In this document: in pieces, positions 16,583 through 25,613 of the stretch | Position numbering within the stretch: position 1 is the first letter of the stretch | Layout of the letters: the number at the start of each line of letters is the position of its first letter | Origin: a virus | Lineage: Duplodnaviria > Caudoviricetes | Virus record (IMG/VR): IMGVR_UViG_3300044267_001826 | Location: 1-25,895 of that record | Reading direction: 5' to 3' (one strand) | DNA: 25,895 nt | Notes under the pieces: generated by a model | Seen by the model: only the letters and a program-made list of their open reading frames with translations | Told to the model about the DNA's origin: nothing | The model's database searches: none | Program-made: the position numbers and the translations under genes

Positions 16583-16752
16583 TGATAGAACTAAAACCAG
16601 AAAAAATAATAACAACAATTAAAAACAAGAAAACAGGTGAAGTTTACGAGACTGAAGAAGCTTTAAAAGCTGCTAATATACCTGAAGAGGACGTGCAAAG
16701 AGATGTAACAGTTATCATGCCACCTCTTGATTTGTTTGGAAAAACACAGTAA
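16582..16752 (+). CDS. Small hypothetical protein, 56 aa (not in the ORF track)
   Basis: MIELKPEKIITTIKNKKTGEVYETEEALKAANIPEEDVQRDVTVIMPPLDLFGKTQ; TAATG overlap, AAGGA upstream, fills the gap. Confidence 0.75.
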   Translation: MIELKPEKIITTIKNKKTGEVYETEEALKAANIPEEDVQRDVTVIMPPLDLFGKTQ

Positions 16753-16763
16753 AAGGAGATACT

Positions 16764-17153
16764 ATGGAAGAAAAAATTTCAATGAGAGAATCAATAGAAA
16801 CAGGGGCACCTAATATTAAATATAATAGAGGTGACATTAGAATGGGTATGGAAGAAGATACTCAAGGCAGACAAATAGCGGCAGAAATATGGTCACAAAT
16901 GGAGCCACAACAAAAAGCTCAGTTTGTTAGTTTCGATGCTTTCTTTCAAAGTGGAATTTGGAAACAAATTATACAGCAGTTGCAACAAGATCAATCAGGA
17001 ATTATATCTCAAGCTCCTAATATGAGTATGAGTGAAAACGTTAACATGGCAGAAAAAATGCCTGGTGGCGGAATAGCTGATGTTGATGTCAGAGAAAAAG
17101 TTGCAATGGCAGCCAACGGCGGTTTGATGGGTCTCTATAACAGAGGGATGTAG
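16764..17153 (+). CDS. Hypothetical protein with C-terminal AANGGLM motif, 129 aa
   Basis: SD AAGGAG; shares the xxxGG(L/I)M motif with downstream proteins. Confidence 0.7.
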   Translation: MEEKISMRESIETGAPNIKYNRGDIRMGMEEDTQGRQIAAEIWSQMEPQQKAQFVSFDAFFQSGIWKQIIQQLQQDQSGIISQAPNMSMSENVNMAEKMPGGGIADVDVREKVAMAANGGLMGLYNRGM

Positions 17154-17155
17154 TC

Positions 17156-19123
17156 ATGGCTGGTTTAACAGCAATTAAAAGAAAACGTTTTCAAGGTGGT
17201 GGTGCTGATATGTCTACTGTATCGGCTGCAGATCTTGGAATAAGTTCTGATACAAGTAAAAGAGAATACACTCCGTCAGAAAAACAAGAACAAAGAGAAA
17301 CAAGAGAGTTAAATAAAAGAATAGCTGAAAACCAAGCACAAAGAGAAAGAGACGCTGTAATAGAAGAAATTTTAGTTACTCCAACTGGAAGAAACAAAAG
17401 ACTTAATGCATTTCAACTTTTTAACAATAAATTTCAAAGACAAAAAAATTTAGAATTAGCAAGAAAAAGAGCGTTTCAAAAATACCGAGACATAGAACAG
17501 TATGTAGATGTGATGGATGACTATAGTTTAACTCCAGAAACTCTTGCAGCAGAAATGGAAAAAGCTCAAAAAGCTGGCAAAGCGTATGGTTATGACTTTA
17601 GTGGTTTAGAAAAAGGCAAGGAACTTTTAGGAAGTAACATTGGAACGAGTATAGAATCTTACCGACGAAACTTGTACGATGTAAATCCTAGTCAAACATA
17701 TAGTGCCATACAAAGTATTTTAAATGCAGCAAGACCAGACACACAAGTTACGGCAGCAAATACTTTACAAAAAGCAAGAGATTATACAAGTCTTCTTAAT
17801 AATGCAAACACGATGACCAATCAAGCGTTAAGCGATGCAATGACAGAATTAAAAAATAGAGGTAAAACTCCAGATCAAATTAATCCTCCAGAAGGTAGAG
17901 GTGAGGGTAACCAAGTTTATCTACCTTATCAACAAGTATTGCCAGAGGACGATTATGAAAGAGAGCAAAAAGAATTTGCTTTTAGATTTGGTGATCCGCA
18001 ACAAGTTGGAGCAGATGTAACAAGAGCTTCATATATATTTAATCAAGGTGGTAGAGTTCCAGCAGCAGGTGGCGGCATCATGAATGCAGTGCCAAGACAA
18101 GGATTTTTTTTAGGTAAGATTGCTAAAGGAATTGGTAAAGCTGTAGGTAGTGTAGCCAAAGCAGCAGGAAAAGTTTTAAAAAGTGATTTTGGTAAAGCAG
18201 CAGTTTTAGGATTAGGAGGATATTATTTAGGGGGTGGACAAATGTTTGGTTTGAGACCTAATGCTCCTGGTTTTAGTTTTGGTAAATTAGGTTCTAGTTT
18301 ATTTTTAAAACCAGGCAAAGAAACTTTTTCTTTTGCAAACTTAGATCCATTAAAAATGGCTGGTTTACTTACATTAGGTGGAGCTGCTATGGGTCCTGCT
18401 AAACAAGATACTTTAGGCGACGGCACTAGAGGGCAAAGATTATTAGACTCACAAGGTAACGAAGTAGTACCAGCTGAAATAAGAGCTGAAATAAGAGAAG
18501 CTTATGAGTCAGGAGACGCTGATAAAATTGCAGCTATTCAAGATTATTATAATTTTTTACCTGGTTTAAATGCTGTAAGATTACCAGACGTTTCACCATA
18601 CCTACCTTATCCAAACTATGCTGACGGTGGAAGAATTGGTTATGCAGGTGGTGGAGGTAAAACACAACTTGAATTACCATTTGGTGAGCCAGATTATTAC
18701 ATTGGAAAAGGAGAAAATAAAGTAGGAATATATAGACAAAAAGATGGTAAGCTTCTTGCTGTGCCAGTAGGACTAGATGGTTTACCTAATTATGCTCAAG
18801 GTGGTAGAATCAAAGCTCAAGAAGGTGGGCTTATGAACCTTGGAGGCATGGAAAAAGATTATAGAAATACAGGTGGTTTTGTTGACATTGGTGCTAAAGA
18901 AAAAGCTGACGACGTACCAGCAAGACTTAGTGTAAATGAATTTGTATTTACTGCAGATGCGGTTAGAAATGCTGGCGATGGAGACATAGATAAAGGTGCA
19001 GAAGTCATGGAAAATATGATGAAAAATTTAGAAAATGGTGGTAAAGTATCTGAGGAATCACAAGGAAACACTGGCGCTCAAGAGATGTTTAGTGTATCAG
19101 AGAGAATAGGAGAAGTAATTTAA
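17156..19123 (+). CDS. Putative internal virion protein with repeated GG motifs and a C-terminal DDVPARLSxNEFV domain
   Basis: 655 aa; repeated (F/Y/A)xxGG motifs; amphipathic Gly/Lys/Ala segment; location in the ejection-protein block. Confidence 0.7.
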   Translation: MAGLTAIKRKRFQGGGADMSTVSAADLGISSDTSKREYTPSEKQEQRETRELNKRIAENQAQRERDAVIEEILVTPTGRNKRLNAFQLFNNKFQRQKNLELARKRAFQKYRDIEQYVDVMDDYSLTPETLAAEMEKAQKAGKAYGYDFSGLEKGKELLGSNIGTSIESYRRNLYDVNPSQTYSAIQSILNAARPDTQVTAANTLQKARDYTSLLNNANTMTNQALSDAMTELKNRGKTPDQINPPEGRGEGNQVYLPYQQVLPEDDYEREQKEFAFRFGDPQQVGADVTRASYIFNQGGRVPAAGGGIMNAVPRQGFFLGKIAKGIGKAVGSVAKAAGKVLKSDFGKAAVLGLGGYYLGGGQMFGLRPNAPGFSFGKLGSSLFLKPGKETFSFANLDPLKMAGLLTLGGAAMGPAKQDTLGDGTRGQRLLDSQGNEVVPAEIRAEIREAYESGDADKIAAIQDYYNFLPGLNAVRLPDVSPYLPYPNYADGGRIGYAGGGGKTQLELPFGEPDYYIGKGENKVGIYRQKDGKLLAVPVGLDGLPNYAQGGRIKAQEGGLMNLGGMEKDYRNTGGFVDIGAKEKADDVPARLSVNEFVFTADAVRNAGDGDIDKGAEVMENMMKNLENGGKVSEESQGNTGAQEMFSVSERIGEVI

Positions 19124-20007
19124 TGGCAATAACAGAAACACGTAGTTTACCACCACAATTTGTAGAAGATCTAGGTAGAGATTATGCAACGCAGTTAACA
19201 GGTTTAACTGCATTACCATTAGATACAACAAAATTTCAACCAATGGTTGCTGGTCAAGACCAAGCAACTAAAGATGCTTACGCATTAGCCACAACTCAAG
19301 GCACAGGTATAGGCGCATATGCACCATACTTAACACAAGCTGGATCATATCAAACAGGCACAGGAACGTTTGCAGGTTTACCTACAGACATGAGGGGTGC
19401 ACAAGATTTAGTAGGACCTGATGCTTACAAACCATTTATGTCGCCGTATCAACAAGACGTAATTGATGCAACAATGTCTGAGTATGATAAGCAAGCACAA
19501 ACAGGTTTAACAAATATAGGATTAATGGCTGCTAAATCTGGAAACTTAGGTGGTGGTAGAGAAGGTGTTATGAGATCACAATACATGGCTGACTCTGATG
19601 CAAAAAGAGCTTTATTAAATGCACAATTGTTACAACAAGGATTTGGTCAAGCACAAACTGCAGCTGACAGAGCATTTACACAAACACAACAACTAGGAGC
19701 TGATCAACAAAGAATGGCTACACTAGTTCCAAATTTATACGGGTCAGATATTTCAACGTTGGGTCAAGCTGGGCGCGGCCAACAATTGTATGAACAATCT
19801 GTTCTTGATCAACAAAGAGAAGCAAACAGACTTGCAGCTTACGAACCATATGAAAGACTTGGTTACATGGGTGCTGGTATGGGTAACGTTATGGGTGGTG
19901 CTATGGGTCAATACACTTCACAAGTTACACCTAATCAATCGCCGTTGCAGCAGGCGTTAGGAATAGCTTCGTTAGGATTGGGAGCATACAAAGCTTTTAA
20001 TACGTAA
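19123..20007 (+). CDS. Putative DNA ejection / pilot protein
   Basis: Gln/Ala/Gly-rich helical protein with FMSPYQQDVID and GNLGGGREGV motifs and a hydrophobic C-terminus (LGIASLGLGAY). Confidence 0.65.
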   Translation: MAITETRSLPPQFVEDLGRDYATQLTGLTALPLDTTKFQPMVAGQDQATKDAYALATTQGTGIGAYAPYLTQAGSYQTGTGTFAGLPTDMRGAQDLVGPDAYKPFMSPYQQDVIDATMSEYDKQAQTGLTNIGLMAAKSGNLGGGREGVMRSQYMADSDAKRALLNAQLLQQGFGQAQTAADRAFTQTQQLGADQQRMATLVPNLYGSDISTLGQAGRGQQLYEQSVLDQQREANRLAAYEPYERLGYMGAGMGNVMGGAMGQYTSQVTPNQSPLQQALGIASLGLGAYKAFNT

Positions 20008-20008
20008 T

Positions 20009-20887
20009 ATGTTTAACAGAACTTTAAATAGACCGATGTTTAGACGTGGCGGTAAAGCTGGCGGTGGCATTATGACTGGTGTTCAAAGACAAGGTTATGA
20101 TGGAACTGATGATAAACAACTTGTTGAAGACAATGATCCAATGAAAGACATTGGAAAAAAAGTAACTGACAGAGTAAACATCATAGAAAGTCTAACTCCT
20201 AAATATCCTTACAAAGGATCTGATTTTTTTATGGGACTAGGTGCTAACATATTAGCAGCTCCAGGTGGTCAACCTATTTTCCAAACAATAGGCACTGCAG
20301 CTAAAGAGCCATTAAATTTATTAATGAAACAAAATATAGCTGAGTATGGTAATAAAAGAGACACTGTTATGCAGGTGTTTAAACAATTAAGTGACGAAGA
20401 CAAAGATGCATTAATAAATAGAGCTGAACAAATGGTTGCAGCTGGTAGATTTAAAACTGTACAAGAAGCATTACAAGTATTAGTTCCAACATATAGAAAA
20501 GATCAAAGTCCAGAAGAGACTGAAAGAGAAGACCTATTAAGAAAAGAAAAATTACAAACTACTCAAATTGAAGATCTTGCAAAAATATATGAAATAGGAA
20601 GAACTGATGCTGTAGTTTTAAATGATTTTATGAACGATCTTTCCGAAGGAAAATATAAAGGTGTTTATCATGACCCCGAACAATATTATATTGAGGATAG
20701 TGATGTTGGTAGAGGAACAGATGAAACAGAAAAAAGATTAGTTATTAGAGATTATGACCCTGAAAAATCTGATTACAAAGAAGGTAGAGTCTACATAGAT
20801 TTTTTAACTAAAAAAGCATTTGTTAAACAAGGACAATTTTTAATTCCATACGAAGATTACATATCAGAAACAATTTCAACCGACTAG
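20009..20887 (+). CDS. Putative internal virion / ejection protein, 292 aa
   Basis: N-terminus LNRPMFRRGGKAGGGIM; position between the pilot-like and large ejection genes. Confidence 0.6.
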   Translation: MFNRTLNRPMFRRGGKAGGGIMTGVQRQGYDGTDDKQLVEDNDPMKDIGKKVTDRVNIIESLTPKYPYKGSDFFMGLGANILAAPGGQPIFQTIGTAAKEPLNLLMKQNIAEYGNKRDTVMQVFKQLSDEDKDALINRAEQMVAAGRFKTVQEALQVLVPTYRKDQSPEETEREDLLRKEKLQTTQIEDLAKIYEIGRTDAVVLNDFMNDLSEGKYKGVYHDPEQYYIEDSDVGRGTDETEKRLVIRDYDPEKSDYKEGRVYIDFLTKKAFVKQGQFLIPYEDYISETISTD

Positions 20888-20895
20888 GAGGCTAA

Positions 20896-23800
20896 ATGGT
20901 ATTTGGATTTGACCCCCGTACACTTGTTGAAGAAGATCAAGACGAAAAAAAGAAAGAAGTAAAAAAAGCTGTTGATTCTGTATTAACTTTTGAAGAAGAA
21001 GCAGAAAAGAACGAAGCTTTTATTCGTAAACAAAGTAACATAGCAAATGCATTTGACACTGCATTTCAAACACTTAGAGACTTTCAATTTAAAAAAAAAC
21101 ATGGTGAAGATGCGTATATTGAAAAAAAATTAAAAGAAGATCCAGAATACAGAGACTCTAGAAAATTTAGTGACGCAGAAAACAAAGAATACTTTCGTGA
21201 AGAAATGGAAAGTATGCGAGGTATTTTGGAAGGCGCTAAAATTGATTGGGCTACGGGATCAACTATTTTTCCTGAAGACGATAAACTTAATGAAAACCAA
21301 AAAAGAATTTTAAAAAAAGGTAAGTATTCAACTCTTGCTAGTGAAGCAGGAGAAACAGATGAAAAAGAACCATTTAATTTTTCAGTAAAACAACCAGGTT
21401 CAGGTGGGTTTATTTATACAGATTCAAAAAGCATACCTTTTGAAAGTGAGGTTGGAGTTACTGAATCAATTCTTTCTGCTGTAGGTTCGGGGGCAATTAA
21501 AATACCAAAAGGATTTGTTAACCTTGGAGCAATGATTATGGATGCTGTAGGTGAAGATGGAATACCTGTTGATCAAAGTAAAGTTGCACAATTAGAAAAC
21601 TGGTGGGATAAAACTTATTTTGGTATGATTGAAAAAGAATTAGATACAAGAGCTAAAGAAACAGCTATTGGTAGAATTACAGAAACATTAGTACAGCTAT
21701 ATGGTGGTTGGAAAGTGGTTGGTAAATATGGTGCTAAAGTAACTGACAAAGCATTTGAAATATATAACAAAGCAATATCTGGAGTTAAAAAAAATAAATA
21801 TTTAAGAACAGCTGGTAATAAAGAAGGCTACAAGTTAGCTAAAGAAGTAGAAAAATGGAATAGACTTTCTGGTAAACAAAAATTTGTAGGTTTGTTTGTG
21901 GGTGGTGGTGTTACTGGTGGTGTAGTTTATGATGCAGAAAACATAGGAACTTTTGGAGATATATTTTTTGATGAAGGTGAGCTTACAGCATTAGATAGAG
22001 ATGGTAAACAAACAGCTAAAGATGATGCCATGAGAATGATCTATAACAAATTAAAATTTTCTGGTGAAATGGGTTTTCCTATTATACCTTCGATAGTAGG
22101 TATGGGTAAAATTGGTAAAAGTATTTTAGATGCTAGTGTTAAGCGAGCAGGTCAAGCAACTAATTTTGATAAATTTGTAGAAAAAGTTATAGCACGTCCA
22201 TTTAGAGCTCGAGGACCTTTTCCTGAACCTCAGTTTCAAGGCATGCAAAGATTAGAAGGAAAAAAATCTTCAGCTAATTTATTAGCAACAGATTATTTAA
22301 AAAACATAGATGAAATTACAAAACAAATATCTAAGTATTCACAATCAGCAGCTAACTCATCCGGCATGACTAAAGAATTATCTGATTTAATTATTAAAGT
22401 AATTAACAAAGGAAATCTTGGCATTAAAAATGGTAGAGTTGTTGTAAAAGGTTTTGATGATAATTCATTAGATAATTTTTGGAATGCTATTACTAAACAA
22501 TTAAAAGTAAAACCAGAGGATGCAACGAAATTAATAGACGAACTAATGAATGTCCATACATCATGGGCTCAGTTTATGAACGCAGTTCTAAAAGGTAAAA
22601 ATTTAAATGTAAGTGCTAAAGAATTTGTAAAATTAATGAATGAAAGAATTGGTAGTAGTTTAAGTTCTGAGTATAAAATTTTTGGTGAAAAAAGTTTAAA
22701 ACCTGTAAAAGAATATGCCCCATCTAATGATGTAATAGATGAAGTTGCTGATATATTTGTTAGAAGTGCTAGAGCTAATGGTAAACAATTAAAAAAAACA
22801 GATGCACAATTAATTGTACAAGACATTGTTAAAAACGTTGAGCTAGATCCACAAACATTTAGTCCTATTTTTAGATTTGAAGCAGCTGACATTGCAAAAG
22901 ACAAAGCATTAATAACTAAAAACATAGCAGAGAACATAACTGGTGGTGGTAAATTTAAACCAGATAAAAAAGGTGGGTTAATACAAACTAAATCAGATCT
23001 AGCAGCATTTAAAGCTTTGTTTGGTGAATTTAAAAATGTTAACTCTATTATTTCTAATGTAACAACAGATCTTGCAGAAATTGCATCAAGGGATAGATTT
23101 TATAATGTAATTAAAGAAGGTTCAGATGCTTTAATTAAAAAAGGTGAAATAGGTATTGTTTATCCTACCTATAACTCAGCTAGAAAAGCTTTTGGAATAG
23201 ATTCAGAAATAGTAAATGCATCAACAGGTTTACAATTACCACAAAAATTAGGTGAACAAGCATACACTGTTCCGATCAACGGTATGTTTACAACTAAAGT
23301 TATAGCTGATGGATTACGTAGAGGTGCTGCTAACACAATGAACAGCATTACAAAAAATGCAGCATATCAATATGCAGTTATGGTTCCAAAAGGTTTAGTT
23401 CAAATGGGTAAAACAGTTGGAGGTCCATTTACTCACGCAAGAAACTTTTCATCAGGTGCGGTGACTACTGTATCTATGGGTAACATAACTCTTGCTATTA
23501 CTAATCCAGGTTTTGCTTTAAAATCTTTAAAGACGGCATTTAATACATTGCAACCACAAATACTTTATAGAAATGCACCAGGTGCAAAAAGTATTGATAG
23601 ATATGCAACACCAGAACAATTTTCAGAAGCACTAAAAGGTGAAGGTGGTCAGGCTTTATATAGATTTTTACTAGAAGAAGGAATGGTAAATCAAAATGCT
23701 ATTTACAGAGATGTAATGGGGCTAATTGAGGACACAGCTAAAACAGGTTTCTTACAAAGAATGTGGAACAAGCTTGGTAATAAAACAAAACGAATATTAA

Positions 23801-25419
23801 AAGGTGCACAAGATATGTACATTGCTGAAGATGACATATGGAAAATATGGAATTTTTTAGCAGAAGATTTTAAAATTGCTAGAGCATACAACTCTGCATT
23901 AAAAAAAGGTAAAATTAAAAAAGCTGACATGCCAGACAGATTAGAAATAATGAAGATGGCAACTAAAAATGTTAGAGAAATGTTACCAAACTATGCATAC
24001 GTTTCAGAATTTGTACAAGGTTTTAGAAGATCACCACTGGGTAATTTCGTATCATGGCCTTCAGAAATTATTAGAACATCAACAAATATAATAACTGGTG
24101 CTAAAAGAGAAATAAAAGACCCTATTTTAGCTAGAATAGGTTATGAAAGAGCAGCAGGTTTTGCTACGACAGTAGGTATTTTAGGACCTACAGCTGTATG
24201 GGGATTTAAACAATTATATGGTTTTACGAACGATAAACTTATGGCGCTTAGAGAATTTGTTCCATGGTTTTCAAAAGACTCTACACTCTTACCTGTATAT
24301 GAAGACGGTAAATATAAATACATAGACTTTAGTAGAGCATTTTTTTATGACACTGTAACAGGTCCTTTTATGACAGCATTTACTGAAATAAATAGAAGAG
24401 AAGATGAACCAGTTATTCCTAGTTTAGTCATAGGTTTAACAAAAGCATTGGGGAGATTAGTAGAACCATTTGTATCAGAAGCAATTTGGGTAGGAGGTAT
24501 CTTAGATATTTATGCAAGGGGTGGAAAAACTAAACAAGGATCACGGATCTGGAATAAAAGAGATTCTGAAGGTGATAAAATTATGAAAAGTATTAAATAC
24601 TTAGCTAAATTATATACACCAGGTTCTCAAGTTCAAATGGAAAGATTATATGCAGCGCTTAAAGGTAAAACAATCAAAGGAACTGAGTTTGAAGTGTCAG
24701 ATGAATTAATGGGATTACTTGGTTTAAGAGCAGCGCCAATGAACATAAACAAATCTTTGGAAATTATGATTGGTGAGTTTAGAACAAATGAACGTAATGA
24801 AAGAAATTTAATTTATGCAGGAACTCTTACAGGGGATCCTATAAAAGATGATAACAAAATTATTAAGCAATTTATTTTTGCAAACAAACAAAGATTAGAA
24901 ACATTTGAAATAATGAGAAGACGATATGATGCCGCTAAAATTTTAGGCGTGAAAGAAAGTGAAATTAAAGAAATTTTTAAAGCTAGAAATATGCTGCCTT
25001 TATACAAAGCAATTAAAAAAAATAAATTTAATCCTTTTGGTGTTTCTGATAGTATGAAAGATGCTTATGAAAGATTAGCAGAAACATATGATATACCAAA
25101 TCCATTATCTAAAAGAATATTAAAAAGAATTAGTAAAATAGAAAAAAAATTAAAAAAACAAAAATTAAATAAAGATTTTATAATAGATGAAGAACGATAT
25201 CTTTTTCCAGAAGAAGGTATTATTGAAAAAGGTATAGAATTATTTAAAGAAGAAGAAAAAAACAAACCATTACCGGAAGGGTTTAGTCAAAAAACACCAC
25301 AACCTGTTATAAATACCACAGCTATGGCTAATAAAAACCCAATTACAAACTTGACACGAACGGAAGATGCACTACTATCTCCAACAGAAAAAGTAATTGC
25401 GAGGAAAACTAATGTCTAA
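20896..25419 (+). CDS. Large internal virion / DNA ejection protein, 1507 aa
   Basis: SD AGGAGG; size, position just before the lysis genes, and PNY...R.SPLGNFVSWPSEIIR motif typical of large podovirus ejection proteins. Confidence 0.7.
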   Translation: MVFGFDPRTLVEEDQDEKKKEVKKAVDSVLTFEEEAEKNEAFIRKQSNIANAFDTAFQTLRDFQFKKKHGEDAYIEKKLKEDPEYRDSRKFSDAENKEYFREEMESMRGILEGAKIDWATGSTIFPEDDKLNENQKRILKKGKYSTLASEAGETDEKEPFNFSVKQPGSGGFIYTDSKSIPFESEVGVTESILSAVGSGAIKIPKGFVNLGAMIMDAVGEDGIPVDQSKVAQLENWWDKTYFGMIEKELDTRAKETAIGRITETLVQLYGGWKVVGKYGAKVTDKAFEIYNKAISGVKKNKYLRTAGNKEGYKLAKEVEKWNRLSGKQKFVGLFVGGGVTGGVVYDAENIGTFGDIFFDEGELTALDRDGKQTAKDDAMRMIYNKLKFSGEMGFPIIPSIVGMGKIGKSILDASVKRAGQATNFDKFVEKVIARPFRARGPFPEPQFQGMQRLEGKKSSANLLATDYLKNIDEITKQISKYSQSAANSSGMTKELSDLIIKVINKGNLGIKNGRVVVKGFDDNSLDNFWNAITKQLKVKPEDATKLIDELMNVHTSWAQFMNAVLKGKNLNVSAKEFVKLMNERIGSSLSSEYKIFGEKSLKPVKEYAPSNDVIDEVADIFVRSARANGKQLKKTDAQLIVQDIVKNVELDPQTFSPIFRFEAADIAKDKALITKNIAENITGGGKFKPDKKGGLIQTKSDLAAFKALFGEFKNVNSIISNVTTDLAEIASRDRFYNVIKEGSDALIKKGEIGIVYPTYNSARKAFGIDSEIVNASTGLQLPQKLGEQAYTVPINGMFTTKVIADGLRRGAANTMNSITKNAAYQYAVMVPKGLVQMGKTVGGPFTHARNFSSGAVTTVSMGNITLAITNPGFALKSLKTAFNTLQPQILYRNAPGAKSIDRYATPEQFSEALKGEGGQALYRFLLEEGMVNQNAIYRDVMGLIEDTAKTGFLQRMWNKLGNKTKRILKGAQDMYIAEDDIWKIWNFLAEDFKIARAYNSALKKGKIKKADMPDRLEIMKMATKNVREMLPNYAYVSEFVQGFRRSPLGNFVSWPSEIIRTSTNIITGAKREIKDPILARIGYERAAGFATTVGILGPTAVWGFKQLYGFTNDKLMALREFVPWFSKDSTLLPVYEDGKYKYIDFSRAFFYDTVTGPFMTAFTEINRREDEPVIPSLVIGLTKALGRLVEPFVSEAIWVGGILDIYARGGKTKQGSRIWNKRDSEGDKIMKSIKYLAKLYTPGSQVQMERLYAALKGKTIKGTEFEVSDELMGLLGLRAAPMNINKSLEIMIGEFRTNERNERNLIYAGTLTGDPIKDDNKIIKQFIFANKQRLETFEIMRRRYDAAKILGVKESEIKEIFKARNMLPLYKAIKKNKFNPFGVSDSMKDAYERLAETYDIPNPLSKRILKRISKIEKKLKKQKLNKDFIIDEERYLFPEEGIIEKGIELFKEEEKNKPLPEGFSQKTPQPVINTTAMANKNPITNLTRTEDALLSPTEKVIARKTNV
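25351..25378 (+). promoter_or_regulatory. Putative sigma70 promoter for the lysis genes, inside the 3' end of the 1507-aa gene
   Basis: TTGACA (25351-25356), 16 nt spacer, TACTAT (25373-25378), about 34 nt before ATG 25412. Confidence 0.45.
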
Positions 25420-25603
25420 AGATGATGCACTTCAAAGAATAACTTCTCATGAAAAATTATGCAGGATTATGCAAAAACAAACTCATGATAAAATTCATTC
25501 TATTGAAAAACAAATACATAGAATAGAAAGCATTCTATTAGTGTCTGTTGGTGCCTTGATCTCAGGAATGGGCTATGTTATATTTACATTAATCACAAAA
25601 TAA
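25412..25603 (+). CDS. Holin-like / XhlA-like membrane protein, 63 aa
   Basis: ATG 25412 follows SD GAGG; coiled-coil (HEKLC...IEKQIHRIE) then one C-terminal transmembrane segment (ILLVSVGALISGMGYVIFTLI); directly upstream of the endolysin. Confidence 0.65.
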   Translation: MSKDDALQRITSHEKLCRIMQKQTHDKIHSIEKQIHRIESILLVSVGALISGMGYVIFTLITK

Positions 25604-25613
25604 AAAAATTTTT

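Noticed and set aside
14115-25265. Numerous 60-122 aa minus-strand ORFs opposite the large structural genes
   Set aside because: They are nested antisense to well-supported genes and show no SD or recognisable motifs
20896-25419. Possible lysozyme, transglycosylase or virion RNA polymerase domain in the 1507-aa protein
   Set aside because: I could not recognise any catalytic motif by eye; an HHpred or structure search would be needed
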